Shown here: piece by piece, positions 49,855 to 61,237 of the stretch
Layout: every line of letters starts with the position of its first letter
Position numbering within the stretch: the stretch's first letter is position 1
DNA from: Asterias rubens
Taxonomy: Eukaryota
Length of the DNA stretch: 64,000 bases
Direction: 5' to 3'
NCBI RefSeq assembly: GCF_902459465.1
Contig: NC_047074.1
Location: 13,764,001-13,828,000 of the forward strand
Program-made: the position numbers and the translations under genes
The notes under the pieces: model-generated
Seen by the model: only the letters and a program-made list of their open reading frames with translations
Database searches by the model: none
What the model was told of the DNA's origin: nothing

Positions 49855-50524
49855 TTAATTGAGCTAGAAATTACCTCTTTCACAAGAGCTACTTCAGAGG
49901 GAGCCTAACTATATATCGGATCAAACTCAACTAGCCTAATATTTTTCAAAATTGGTGCTATAAAGCGTTTACTTCGGACAGAAAATGAAACCGAAAATTG
50001 AAATTGAAATCGAAAATGAAACTTTTCGTGAGAAGACGCCCTCCATAAAAATACACAAATTAAATCCTTTGAGCTTTGACTTCGTTTTTTGTAGGTTGGG
50101 CCTTCCGAGAAGCTATAATTAATTTCTGCATGGCCTTTTTTGACCTTTAGACCTTGGTATAAATTCGATTCAGGTATGAGCTTCGCGTTATATATTTTGT
50201 TTTTAAGCAACAAGCAAAAAACATAATTTCTGACTTCATTTCAAAAGAATAGAATGAGCGGATATTTCAAACTGCTGCCAAACCAACACTACATGCATGT
50301 AGTATACAACTGTATAATTATTGTAAAGATTGTTATACTGGCTCAAAGTTTTGACCCTATAGCTACATGAGACAAACTTTACTATGGTCTAACCATACTT
50401 GGGATAACAAATCAGGCTTTCAGTTCATAAGGATGACAGTTTGTGCCGTCGCCACAACCATGGAGTTCTTCCTCCATACCCTTATATTCAGCGAACCATG
50501 AATGCACAATAACCTATTCAAAAG

Positions 50525-50860
50525 AAAATCTATGTTTTGTGGAAGGTATCAGACAGTACAAAAATTGAACCAATTTCATTTTTTTTTATGTAACAGGCAA
50601 ACTTTATTCATTTCTGACATCATCTATAAAAAGATGTAAGAAAACTATGTTTTGTGGAAGGTATCAGAAAGCATAAATGGAACCAAGTTCATTTTTTATG
50701 TAACAGGCAAACTTTATTCATTTCTGACTTCCACTACAAAGACGAAAGAAAACTTCATGGAAATATTTTATTTTTTTTATATTTTTTTTTCATGTACTAA
50801 GCAAACTAGGCCATTTCTGACTTCATTTCAAAAGATGATAGAAAATCTATGTTTGGAGTG
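50525..50860. repeat. Degenerate ~115 bp tandem duplication
   Basis: ctatgttttgtggaaggtatcaga...tatgtaacaggcaaactttattcatttctgac occurs twice, with a third decayed unit. Confidence 0.75.
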
Positions 50861-50959
50861 TTAAGACAGCACAACAATGGAAACAAAATTAGTGCCAATA
50901 CCAACAAATGAAACAATCACCACACTTGCATTACTGTGTAGACTACGAATTTGTATTAA

Positions 50960-51338
50960 AGGCAGTGGACACTATTGGTAATTACTCAAAATAATTATTA
51001 GCATAAAACCTTTCTTGGTGACAAGTAATGGGGAGAGGTTGGTGGTATTAAACATTGTGAGAAACAGCTCCCTTTGAAGTGCCATAGTTTTGGAGAAAGA
51101 AGTAATTTTCCATGAATTTGATTTCGAGACCTCAAGTTTAGAACTTGAGGTCTCGAAATCAACCATCTAAACGCACACAACTTCGTGTGACAAGGGTGTT
51201 TTCTTCTTTCATTATTATCTCGCAACTTTGATGACCGATTGAGCTCAAATTTTCACCGGTTTGTTATTTTATGCATATGTTGAGATACACCAACTGTGAA
51301 GGCTAGTCTTTGACAATTACCAATAGTGTCCACTGCTT
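50960..51338. mobile_element. TTAA-flanked MITE (AGGCAGTGGACAC family)
   Basis: TTAA at 50956-50959 and 51339-51342; reverse orientation relative to 6174-6550. Confidence 0.85.
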
Positions 51339-51564
51339 TTAAGTGTACTTTGTGTAATGAACCATTGCAAGTATTTATGCCTCACCGCAACATGGCCTTT
51401 TTTATTTCCTGAAACAGAATATTTGTTTATATGATACAATATTTATGGAATAAAGTTGTCCACGTGTATGTCTTAAAACGATAACCCCGAAGAGAGTTCA
51501 TAATCATCGGCACAGGTGCCGATATCACCAAACTCTACCAAACTTGAGATTAATCTTATGACTT

Positions 51565-51825
51565 CGGGGTGGATTTCACAAAGAGTTAAGACTATGGTCT
51601 TTATATATATATTTGTTTCGAGTTAGGGCGAGTTATCGTCCTAACTTAGGACTAGTCAAACGCTTTTCATATCTCCTAGGAGTAAAGTCCTATTAAGTAA
51701 GGGCTAGTATACATAACTATTTGTAACAACGTTAGGACGCATTGAACCCACTATTAGTTAGGACGAGTTAAGTTAGGACGAGTTACTCGAGATAGGATTA
51801 ATCCTGTCGTTTCGTGAAATCGGCT
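51565..51825. mobile_element. GGGGTGGATTTCAC (Harbinger-type) MITE
   Basis: Same family as 18176-18309 and ~14098-14212 (ttaggactagtcc repeats; gtgaaatc terminus). Confidence 0.65.
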
Positions 51826-51829
51826 ACTT

Positions 51830-52180
51830 GACACGTTTGATAATTGTCAGAGACTTTCCCACAACATAATGCATAAAATACGAAAACTGTGAACATTTAT
51901 TTCAATAGGTGATCGAAGTTGCAAGAGAATAATAGTAACAATAAACACCATTGTTGCAAATATTTGTGTGCTTTCGGATGCCTAAAAAGGCCTTCAGACC
52001 TGATGTCTTTAATTATTTACCTGAGAAAATACATCTTTCTCAAAATCCACATTACTTCAGAGGGAGCCATTTCTCACAATATGTTGCTACTATCAACAGC
52101 TCTCCAATGCTCGTTACCAAGTTAGCTTTCATGCTAACAATTATTTTGAGTAATTACCAATGAGTGTTCAGTGACCGTTA
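51830..52180. mobile_element. Decayed AGGCACTGGACAC-family MITE directly 3' of the HEBP2 stop codon
   Basis: Contains the family modules ttacttcagagggagcc and aattattttgagtaattaccaa. Confidence 0.75.
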
Positions 52181-52210
52181 AGCAAAAGTGTAAAAGGTAA
52201 ACAGACAACA

Positions 52211-54377
52211 TCAAATGGTGGAAACTTCTGTTTCTTTAATGAACCAGATTTCGTTTCGTCTTCCAAAAAGAGTGACGGGACTGTCGTATCCACAATAATA
52301 ACAAAATTTCTCTTTGTATTTGCAGTTTTCTTTCTCCAGAGCAGACCGAAGCTTGGCGATCTCCGCGAGAGCATCTTCTTCGTTAGAAAAACCACCATAT
52401 TTGCTGGGGAGAAAAGTATCCAAACAGATGTGTTTAGTTGTAATTTGTTCAGAGAGAAAGGCAAATGTGATTACAATTTTGAGTAAGCCCCTATGAGTTG
52501 CCGACAGTTCGTTATTGTTATTCATACATTTACTGTTTTATATACGAGCATTTGGGTGGAACCAATGATGCAAGACTCTTAGGAAAGCCAGTATATTCAA
52601 ACAATAATTATTTGCCCGCCAACAATCTCCAGTTTTGGTTTAGGGCCGACTGAAAACTTGCTAACAAAAATCGTCCAATGATATTGGGTAAAACTAGCGG
52701 AATCAACTTCCAAAGTGGCTATTGACTAATAGCAAATATAACAATCAACCAATCACGTTGGCTTTAGACTAATGACTTACATGACGTAAACATGGCCAAC
52801 GACAGTCAACCAATCACGTTGGCTTTAGACTGATGACGTATAATATGACGCGTACATTGCCAACAACAATAAGCCAATCACGAGGGCTTATAAGACTGAC
52901 GTACCTGACGTAAGCACGGCTCTTATGTGTATTCCTCATGGTTATAGTGTCGTCCGTGGGCGTGGGGACTTTTTCTCTGACCTCTTCTGGGATCATAAAA
53001 CCGACTTTGATATCTTTCTTGAGAGATGTCCAGTTTCCCTCCTCGTCGCCAGGTTCATGAAATACCATCACAGGAGCAGTCATGGCTACTGTTACACCTT
53101 CAGGAATAAAATGACAACATAAAAGAGGAGATTTTACTTTACAGTTTCAGAGCCAGCAATCCTTGTGACGTAAGCGAACTGTAGCATAGCCCCTTTTCAA
53201 GGTATTCGTGGCGTGAGCCGCGATCCCCACAACTGAAACGGAGACAACGCCACTCGATTGAAACTCTAACACGTGCGCGTGGTCTCCCGTTTTAGTCGCT
53301 TGGCGGGTAAAACAAATTTAACCTGTTTCTGTTGAGCAATACTTTTCACAGTGTTTAGCAAAGTTATTGTTCAATACCGGCTTTAGTATGAGCCCTGGAG
53401 AGTTGGAGACACGGGGCAAGTCTCCGAACTCATAGGTCCTTTACGAAACCACGCTTTGGGTTTTGGATTCGGCTTCAGGCTCCGTCCTCTCGTCTGAAGC
53501 CCTGAGCGCGTACGAGAAGCCAGCGCAATATTGTCAAAACAACCGTGGGGCCAAGCTAACCTGAGCCGAATCCGGAGCCGAGGCGGTAGATTCGAAAAGA
53601 GCCATGGGATTTCATACCTTCTTTATTTGCTCCTGTGATGTACTTAAAGAGCTTCCGGAATCCCACTGAGGTAGCTGCCTTGATTGTTTCTCCAGTAGCC
53701 TCAGTTACTGCCCAGAGCGACTCATCATATTCTCGCTCCTCAAACCCCTAATAATTTGTTTTTTTTTTAAACAAGCATAAATTGATGTATTGTAAGTCAA
53801 CTGAATCGGACATCGCCATCACAATTTGTTTTTGTTAACCATTATTTGATGCGTGACGCAGTAGTCATGTGACCAAGTTTCAAAATGTTAAGATGGGGAT
53901 ACCACTAATAGACCTTTTCGCAAATACCGGGGCGCGCGCGTAAAGCTTGGAATTAGGTGCATTGTGGTCTAGCTGGTATCCAAATTTGATCCATATATAT
54001 CCCACAATGCACCTCATTCAACAGTCTGCGCTTGCGCATTGGTATTTGCGAAAAGGTCTATAGGGCTGATAGCTCAGTTGGTAGAGCGCCGCGCACGTTA
54101 ATCGTGAGGTTGCTTTAGATATAAAGCCGTTTCTCACACCGTTGTATACTATCAACAGCTCCCCATTGCTCACAAGGAAGTTTTTATGCTAACAATTATT
54201 TTGGGTAATAATAACCAATAGTGTATAGTGCCTTTAAGATGAGTAAGTGCTTTTTGAAGTTGTCACATTTAGTATAGGCCTAGTCAGGTTTTTTCCACTT
54301 ACCTCTTTGGTTGCAATAACCGTGTACTTCGGCGCTGGTGGGGTTGTGAATAACAGAGTTGCAAATGTTTTAAACAT
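52211..54377 (-). CDS. HEBP2: SOUL/heme-binding protein 2-like, 4 exons, ~196 aa
   Basis: Exons 54377-54303, 53747-53618, 53097-52905, 52403-52211; 591 nt. SOUL-family motifs PKYTV, FEEREY, GFRKLFKYITGAN, AMTAPV, FMIP, YVRxxGGF and YCGYDSPVTLFGRRNEIWF. Confidence 0.9.
53909..54061. mobile_element. Small MITE (TAGACC...GGTCTA)
   Basis: TIRs tagaccttttcgcaaatacc / ggtatttgcgaaaaggtcta; similar termini at ~11825-11978. Confidence 0.7.
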
Positions 54378-55427
54378 CTTGCCGCTATGTCGTCTGTGGG
54401 TATACGTCTGTTATCTATTGGTAAACAAATCAAAGGTTTTTATTGCTGTTCGTTCTGGATCTTGTGTAAACTCATTGTGGAACATGAAGTGAATTGGAAC
54501 AGGGAGGTAGAAATATTGGAACAACCAATTTATTGAAACCCCACAATGTGTGTCGTGTTCCGTGCTGTCAATTTGGTTTGCGGAACACCAAGGATGTATG
54601 TATCTATTGCCATGTAGATTTTGTTCTTTGGAGAACTGTCTTGCTATATATATTCTATACTACCGCTCGGTATAGATTTCGGAATTCGGGAGACTTTTAA
54701 GTACTGAAAAGATACACCACACATGGTCATACCGTCAACCAAATCATACATTGGTACCTCACCATGCAATGCCTCAAATCCCATACAATTAGTAACTGAT
54801 ATTGTAAAAACATAAATCAGATTATTGCTTCCATTCTCAAATGTGGCACACTATAGTTGCACAGTCCGATTCTTGCCGAAGTTTGTTTGTTTTTTCGTAA
54901 TTTTTTGTTTTCTCTCTGAATTTTGATAGCTGTTGCTGGTTTGAACGAAACGCACACACAATCGCTGCATATTCATAAACTAATGCACAAAATACATACA
55001 GGCCTAAACCTGCTAAATATTGTTTGTTCATGGCTTTAGACATGCGATAATGTTTGGACCCCGATAGTAATGCACTGGTCTTTAAAAACTACCACTTTAT
55101 AGACGCCATTGTTTCCATGCAATAGGCCTACCTCAAATGAAAGCATGTAAACTTCTATATACCGATAAAAGGCCTATTTAAAATGGGTAAAATCTGCCTG
55201 AATTCGGACACAGCATCCTTGTTGTAAATATAAGGAATTTCGTAAATGCAAAAGAGGAAAGTCAATAACCGACGATTTACTCTTTATCAATGATGTCATA
55301 CAAAACGGTAAACAGAAACAAATGTTTTACTCAGAAACAATTTGCCCAGCTCACATTTTGGACAAGCAACCGTTCTTTGTATTGGATATTTCTCTGCAAA
55401 TGACATTATTTTTAGTTCTATATTTAA

Positions 55428-55746
55428 AAGCAATGGACACATGGTAATTGTCAAAGACCAGTCTTCTCAATTTGAACTCAATTTGTCGTCGAAGTTGAGA
55501 GAGAATAATGTAAGAAAAACACCCTTGTCGCACAAGTTGTGTGCTTTCAGATGCCTTGAATTTAGTGGTCTCGAATTCAATTCAATTATTTGAGTGAATT
55601 ACTTCTTTCTCAAAAACTGCGTCACCTCAGAGGGAGCCGTTTCACACATCGTTGTTTCAATTATCAACAACTTTCCCTGCTCGATAACAAGTAGGTTTTT
55701 TATGATAACAATTATTTTGAGTAATTACCAGTAGTGTCCACTGCCT
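55428..55746. mobile_element. TTAA-flanked MITE (AGGCACTGGACAC family)
   Basis: ttaa-aagcaatggacac ... gtgtccactgcct-ttag. Confidence 0.8.
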
Positions 55747-58258
55747 TTAGTTGTTATGAATTGAAAATCAGATATTGTTTTTGTTTTTATTACTTGTACT
55801 AAACAGCCGGAGTTGTTTTTCGTCTCAGCAAAACAAGTTGTACATCTAATCTAATCTAATCTAATCTAGACTAATGTATTTCATAAACTCACATCACATT
55901 ATTGCATGCTTACCTTCTGCTTGTGAGACTCACAACCGGCTCGGGCTGCCTGTTAATGATGTTACGTCAAGTTTTGGGTACAGATAACATTTTGCAATTC
56001 CAGTTACGCAAATCGCGAACTTCAGACGACTTTTTGTCACGTGACTCGGTCATGATCCATCGAGATAAGCCCCAGTCGATTATCATCGGATGATAAGAAT
56101 GGTGACTTTAATCTGTACATTGTTAAAGCAGGGCACAGTTGTGTAGTGCTACAAAAAAAGTAGGAGTCTATACAGCAATATTATGTATAGGATTTGAGGC
56201 ATTGTAAAAGATATTGGTTTGCGGTATTACACCATGTAGATTATGTTCACTTTTGAGAGCTTCTTGCTTGCATAGAACTACAACACACAAAGTAGAACAG
56301 CAAATAATTATGTTTATGGGATTTGAATCATTGCATATGGCGAGTTGGTTTGAGGAAATTAACACCATGTGTGTATATCCAAGCATGCATATCGCTTCGT
56401 TTTTGAAAGGGCTAGGGCACCAAGGCATGCTCTCCTTGGTATAAAGGGTATAACCCTGTGAAAACAAGACACTGGGTCATGGGGGCAATCGTCTTCGTTG
56501 CCTAAGCCTCAGTGAAGTTTCAGGTCTGTTATCTCTTGCCCGGTTCTTTTGACTGTGAACTACTTGCTTGTATTCTACTACTTCGGAGTAGTTTTTCGGC
56601 ATTCGGGAGACTTCCTCATCCGTTCTGAAAAGCTGCTTATATTACTTACTACCTGAGCGGAAGGTAGAAAATCGAGGGGACTCAAGCTCGAGACTTCAGT
56701 TGACGCAATAAGAACTCCTCCACCATTTGATTAATTCAGTTTTGCTTACTAGAACTGAGGGCCCATCAAAATACATATGGGCATGTGTCATTATTACCTT
56801 TCGCAATATGTAGTTTCCTGCTACTTTTGCTTAGCAGAATGTAAGCGCTACAGACCTTTATCTTGCTGCCACCATCTTGTCCTGTTCCCCGAATCCGTTA
56901 AGCAGTTTGTTCTGCACACTAAAATTATCACTGTCGATTATGCTTTTCAATGGGAATTCGTTTTCTTTTTTTCGAAATCGATTCAAAAAGGGGAATCCTT
57001 AAAACAAATATCAGGACATTCTTTGATGTACAGAAAAAAACATATGAATGCTAGTACTCATTGTGCAAAATTGTACCAGGCTATGTTTCCTTCCAGCCTC
57101 GGTTTGATTACATTTTAGTGCAGTGGGAGAAATTGTACAAGCGATTTTATCAAACGATTTATTTTCAAGAGAGGGCGCACTGTACATAATGCGACGACAA
57201 GGATCAGTGGATGAGGGTCATTGACACCAAAGATTATCAATAGAGCGCGCTAGTGATTGACACACGACGTGACCGCTTGACATCAACACTTTACCGACCA
57301 CTGCTGCTCTGAGAAAAATATGCAGTTCACACAATTGTCTATACTATGTTTCAGTGTCATAGAGGATTAGAGGGAAAATGATAACTTAGTAACTGTGCAG
57401 GAAGTAGTGTGTCTGTGTACGTTCGAGTCACTTTGGCCTTCCTTGCCAATGGCGGTATAAACATCGTGGTAGTGGACTTCGTTCAAATGAATGACGCACT
57501 AGTGGTAAAAAGGGCAAGGTTACACAGAGAATGGCAATGCCATCACATCGTACACGTTTAATGGACATTGGCAATATCTGACCGTAGCTGTTGTCGTTGG
57601 CTCGCCGGTGAAACTGAGAGTTTCGTCGGGTAACTGTCATCCCTCGCTTGCTGCTGCTGTTAAAAATCAAAGATGAAAAGCGAAAGGTAAGGTTAGGTAG
57701 CCAACTGGGCAATTGACTCTCTTTCGACATGTTCGACACTCGGCACGTGTTCGACACTGAAAAGAGAGCCATGTTGGCTCAATCTGGGGTGTTTTTTTTT
57801 TTTTTGGGGGGGGGGGGCTAAAGGTAGGGTGTCAGACAATGGAGCTTTAATTAGACTAAGTATTGACTTGTGTTTGAGTGTTGTCATATCTCTCTAATTT
57901 GAATGAGAATTCCTTTGCATAAGTGTTTCACCCGTAGAATTGAAAACAAATTATTTAGCCCTAACATTGTCATTTCTCTGAACTCCCTCTGAACTGTACT
58001 AAGTGACTCGTCCTTAAACAACAGGACTTGAATTTCATGGCGGCTTCATCCTCTATTGCCCCTGATCTTGGCCTTTGGGGCCCTTTAGTTTCTCATAGAT
58101 TTTCCAATGGAAGGTGCCTAGGAAATGAAAATGGCCAATTGCCCCTTTGAAATATGAGATTCCAAGCCTATTTAGAGTATATTTATTAAGGCTGTTTAAA
58201 TCAAAGTTGCCTTTTTTTTCTTCTTTCATTTTATAGCGAGGAAAGTCACAGGAAGTTA

Positions 58259-61237
58259 ATGGGGATGGAGTTGGCTCCTCTTCACATTCCGTTCCATCGT
58301 CGTCTGGAGACCTTAGCCGTCATTCAATGGTGGTTCTGCTTCATCTTAATGGGAGTCTTGGTCGCCTTCTTATCCATATACTTCCTCTTCTCCAAGTACT
58401 ACCCCTTAGTTCTCTTGGCATACCTCTGGGTCTACTACGACCGTGATACACCTAGGAGAGGAGGGCGCCGGGTGCCGTGGATGAGACGTTGGAAGATTTG
58501 GACTCACATGAGGAACTTCTTCCCCGTGCATCTCGTCAAGACAGCAGACTTGGACCCGGCGAAGAACCATCTTCTTGGGTTTCATCCGCATGGTATAATG
58601 AGCATGGGAGCTTTTGTTAACTTTGGGACGGAAGCGACCGGATTCAGTTTGAAGTATCCGGGGATTACTCCATACATCTTGACACTAGCGGGCTGGTTCA
58701 AACTGCCGCTTGCACGAGACTACATTATGATGGCAGGTAACTAAAAACCAAAGATGTACTTTGCTATTAATAAGTAATTGTAACAGGTTCCTTAGTCTGC
58801 TAAGCATTTATATTGAAGAAGGGACCTCTCTGCTTTGATGTCGGGGCCCAATTGCATGGCTCTGCTTACCACAGAGTTGTACGCTTACGACATCCTATAA
58901 AGTATGTGATTCTACAGCCGTAAGCACAGATTTAAGCTGAACCATGAAATTGGGCCCAGTTCTGTGAAGTTTTGCATTGCTCTTGTATACTTAAAAAATA
59001 TATTTTCAAAAATTCCTATTAAAAAGGAAATTCTAATAATGAATCAACATTTTTTTATCACTACCCCCCATCCAAACCACTCCCCCAACTTTCATACAGG
59101 TGCATGTGATGTGAGCAAGGAGAGTGTTGATTGGTTGCTAGGGAAATCCAGTCCTGGCAACGCCGTTGTCATAGTAGTCGGCGGGGCAACGGAATCTCTC
59201 GAGGCCCAGCCTCATGAGTATGTTGTTTATTTAAGCAAGAGGAAGGGATTCGTGAGAAAAGCTCTGCAACATGGGTAGGTACTGCCTTTAGCCTAACTAT
59301 TCAGTAATTTTGGTTTGAGACCATCCCTGCAATAAACTTAAGGTTATTTCTATTTAGTTATTAACTGCATTGTATTAACAGTGTTTAGAATTTTAACACA
59401 AGTCTAAGCGAGAGCTTTGTACCCATTTTTTCAGATGTATAACCTAAATTACATTAAGATTCTTGTGAGTGTGTGAATGCCACAAACCATTTCAGCTGGT
59501 GTGAAAGTGATAAACATGCTTATCATTGGCAAGTTAGGCCAAGACACCCCACCACAAGGCTTGATGTCTTGACCGAGCGATCGAGGGCGTTGGACTTAAG
59601 CTTTGTAATTTACAGAATGTGGGTTCAAATCCTGGCCTGGTCAGTTGCAGCACTTGTGTCCTTGAGCAAGGCACTTTATCATAACTTCTCTCCACCTAGG
59701 AGTACAAAGATCTAGGTAAAGTACTGAATGTACAGTGCTAACACACACCAATGTAAGGATAAACTCAAGCTCTGAAACTTACAGAATGTGGTTTCAAACC
59801 TGGCCTGGTCAGTCGCGACACTTGTGCTCTTGAGCAAGGCACTTTATCATAACTGCTTCTCTTCACCCGGAAGAACAATGAGCTAGGGAAAATACTGAAT
59901 ATACAGTGCTACCACACACCAAAGTAAGGGTAAACCAAACATTAATATTCAGAAATATCTAACAATAATGTCTTATTTTCCTTCTACACATTTCAGAGCA
60001 AGTCTTGTTCCAGTCTACTCCTTTGGTGAAACGGATGTCTATGAGCAAGTTCCGAACCCTGACGGGTCCTCCTTAAGACGTCTTCAGAACTGGCTGACTA
60101 AGATGATTGGCTTTGCTCCTCCGGTTTTCCATGGCCGAGGCATCTTTAATTACTCAGTTGGATTGTTACCTTACAGGAAACCAATATACGCAGTTGGTGA
60201 GTTTGAATCAAAAGTTGCATCCTCTTAAAGGCACTGCACACTGTTGGTAATTACTCAAAATAATTGTGAGCATATAAAACTTACTTGGTAACGAATAATG
60301 GAGAGCTGTTGATAGTATAAAACATTGTGAGAAACGGCTCCCTCTGAATTTGAGAAGAGGTAATATCTCACTCAAATAAAAAAAGACCTAGGCCTAAAGC
60401 CCTCTTTAGGCATCTGCAAGCACACAAGATTGTGCAACAAGTGGTGCTTTTTCTTTAATTACTCTCTCGTAACTTCGATGACCAATTGTAATTTGTATAA
60501 AGTCTCAGGTTTATCACCTTACCAAAATGTTTTTATATCCTACGACCTTCCCCTTTGTACTATCTGTCAATAATTTATCAGCTGCACTTGTTAAAATCTG
60601 AGACAACACGCACACAAATCTGACTGTTGATCTTTGAATTCTAAAAGCAAGTTCATGGGCCTTAGATCCATGGAACATATAAAGTAAACTTATAGAGATA
60701 CTGCCTGTCTGCGAATGACTGATAAGCCAGAGTTTGTACGTACATACCACAAGTTCAAATTCGTCTACATACAGTGGCTTTTGAACTTGTGTTTGCTTTT
60801 GAACATTTGTTTGCTTTAGGTATACAAGACTGGTATGGATAAAAAACATCATTGTTTAATTTAAGTCTGATCTGAAAGCTTACTGATTATGAAGTTCAAT
60901 ACTATAACCAAAAAAATCTATGAAATTTGTTTCTTTAAGGCCGTTTCTCCTACTGATCATGGAGTCTGATCATGGAGTCTGATATATATAAGCTACAATA
61001 TATACAATATTGTATTTGAATTTTACTCTAACTTCTCTTGCCTTGTCTGAAAACTTGTGTTTCTCTCTTCTCATTGTTCCAGTTGGGAAACCAATTCCTC
61101 TGGACAAGACGACAAACCCGACCCAAGAAGAGATTGACGAAGCCCACAAGACTTACATCGCATCCTTGGTGGCACTGTTTGACGAACACAAAGCAAAGTA
61201 TGGGATCGAAGACAATGAGACGCTAAAGGTCATATAA
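58259..61237 (+). CDS. MOGAT2: 2-acylglycerol O-acyltransferase (MOGAT/DGAT2 family), 4 coding exons, ~335 aa
   Basis: Exons 58259-58736, 59100-59274, 59997-60196, 61083-61237; 1008 nt. Motifs [21 protein letters not shown]-like [43 protein letters not shown] and VGKPI. The paralog assignment (MOGAT1, MOGAT2 or DGAT2) is tentative. Probable upstream non-coding exon with donor at 57687. Confidence 0.92.
59560..59950 (+). mobile_element. Two tandem partial SINE copies in a MOGAT intron
   Basis: Duplicated ttacagaatgtgg...cacttgtgtccttgagcaaggcactttatcataac...gtactgaat.tacagtgcta.cacacacc. Confidence 0.7.

Noticed and set aside
57428-57887. Minus-strand ORFs of 114 and 64 aa
   Set aside because: They overlap the probable MOGAT promoter and non-coding first exon; no protein motif.
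911-61237. U12-type or GC-AG introns
   Set aside because: All reconstructed donors are GT without the GTATCCTT signature; a few AAG acceptors are within normal variation.
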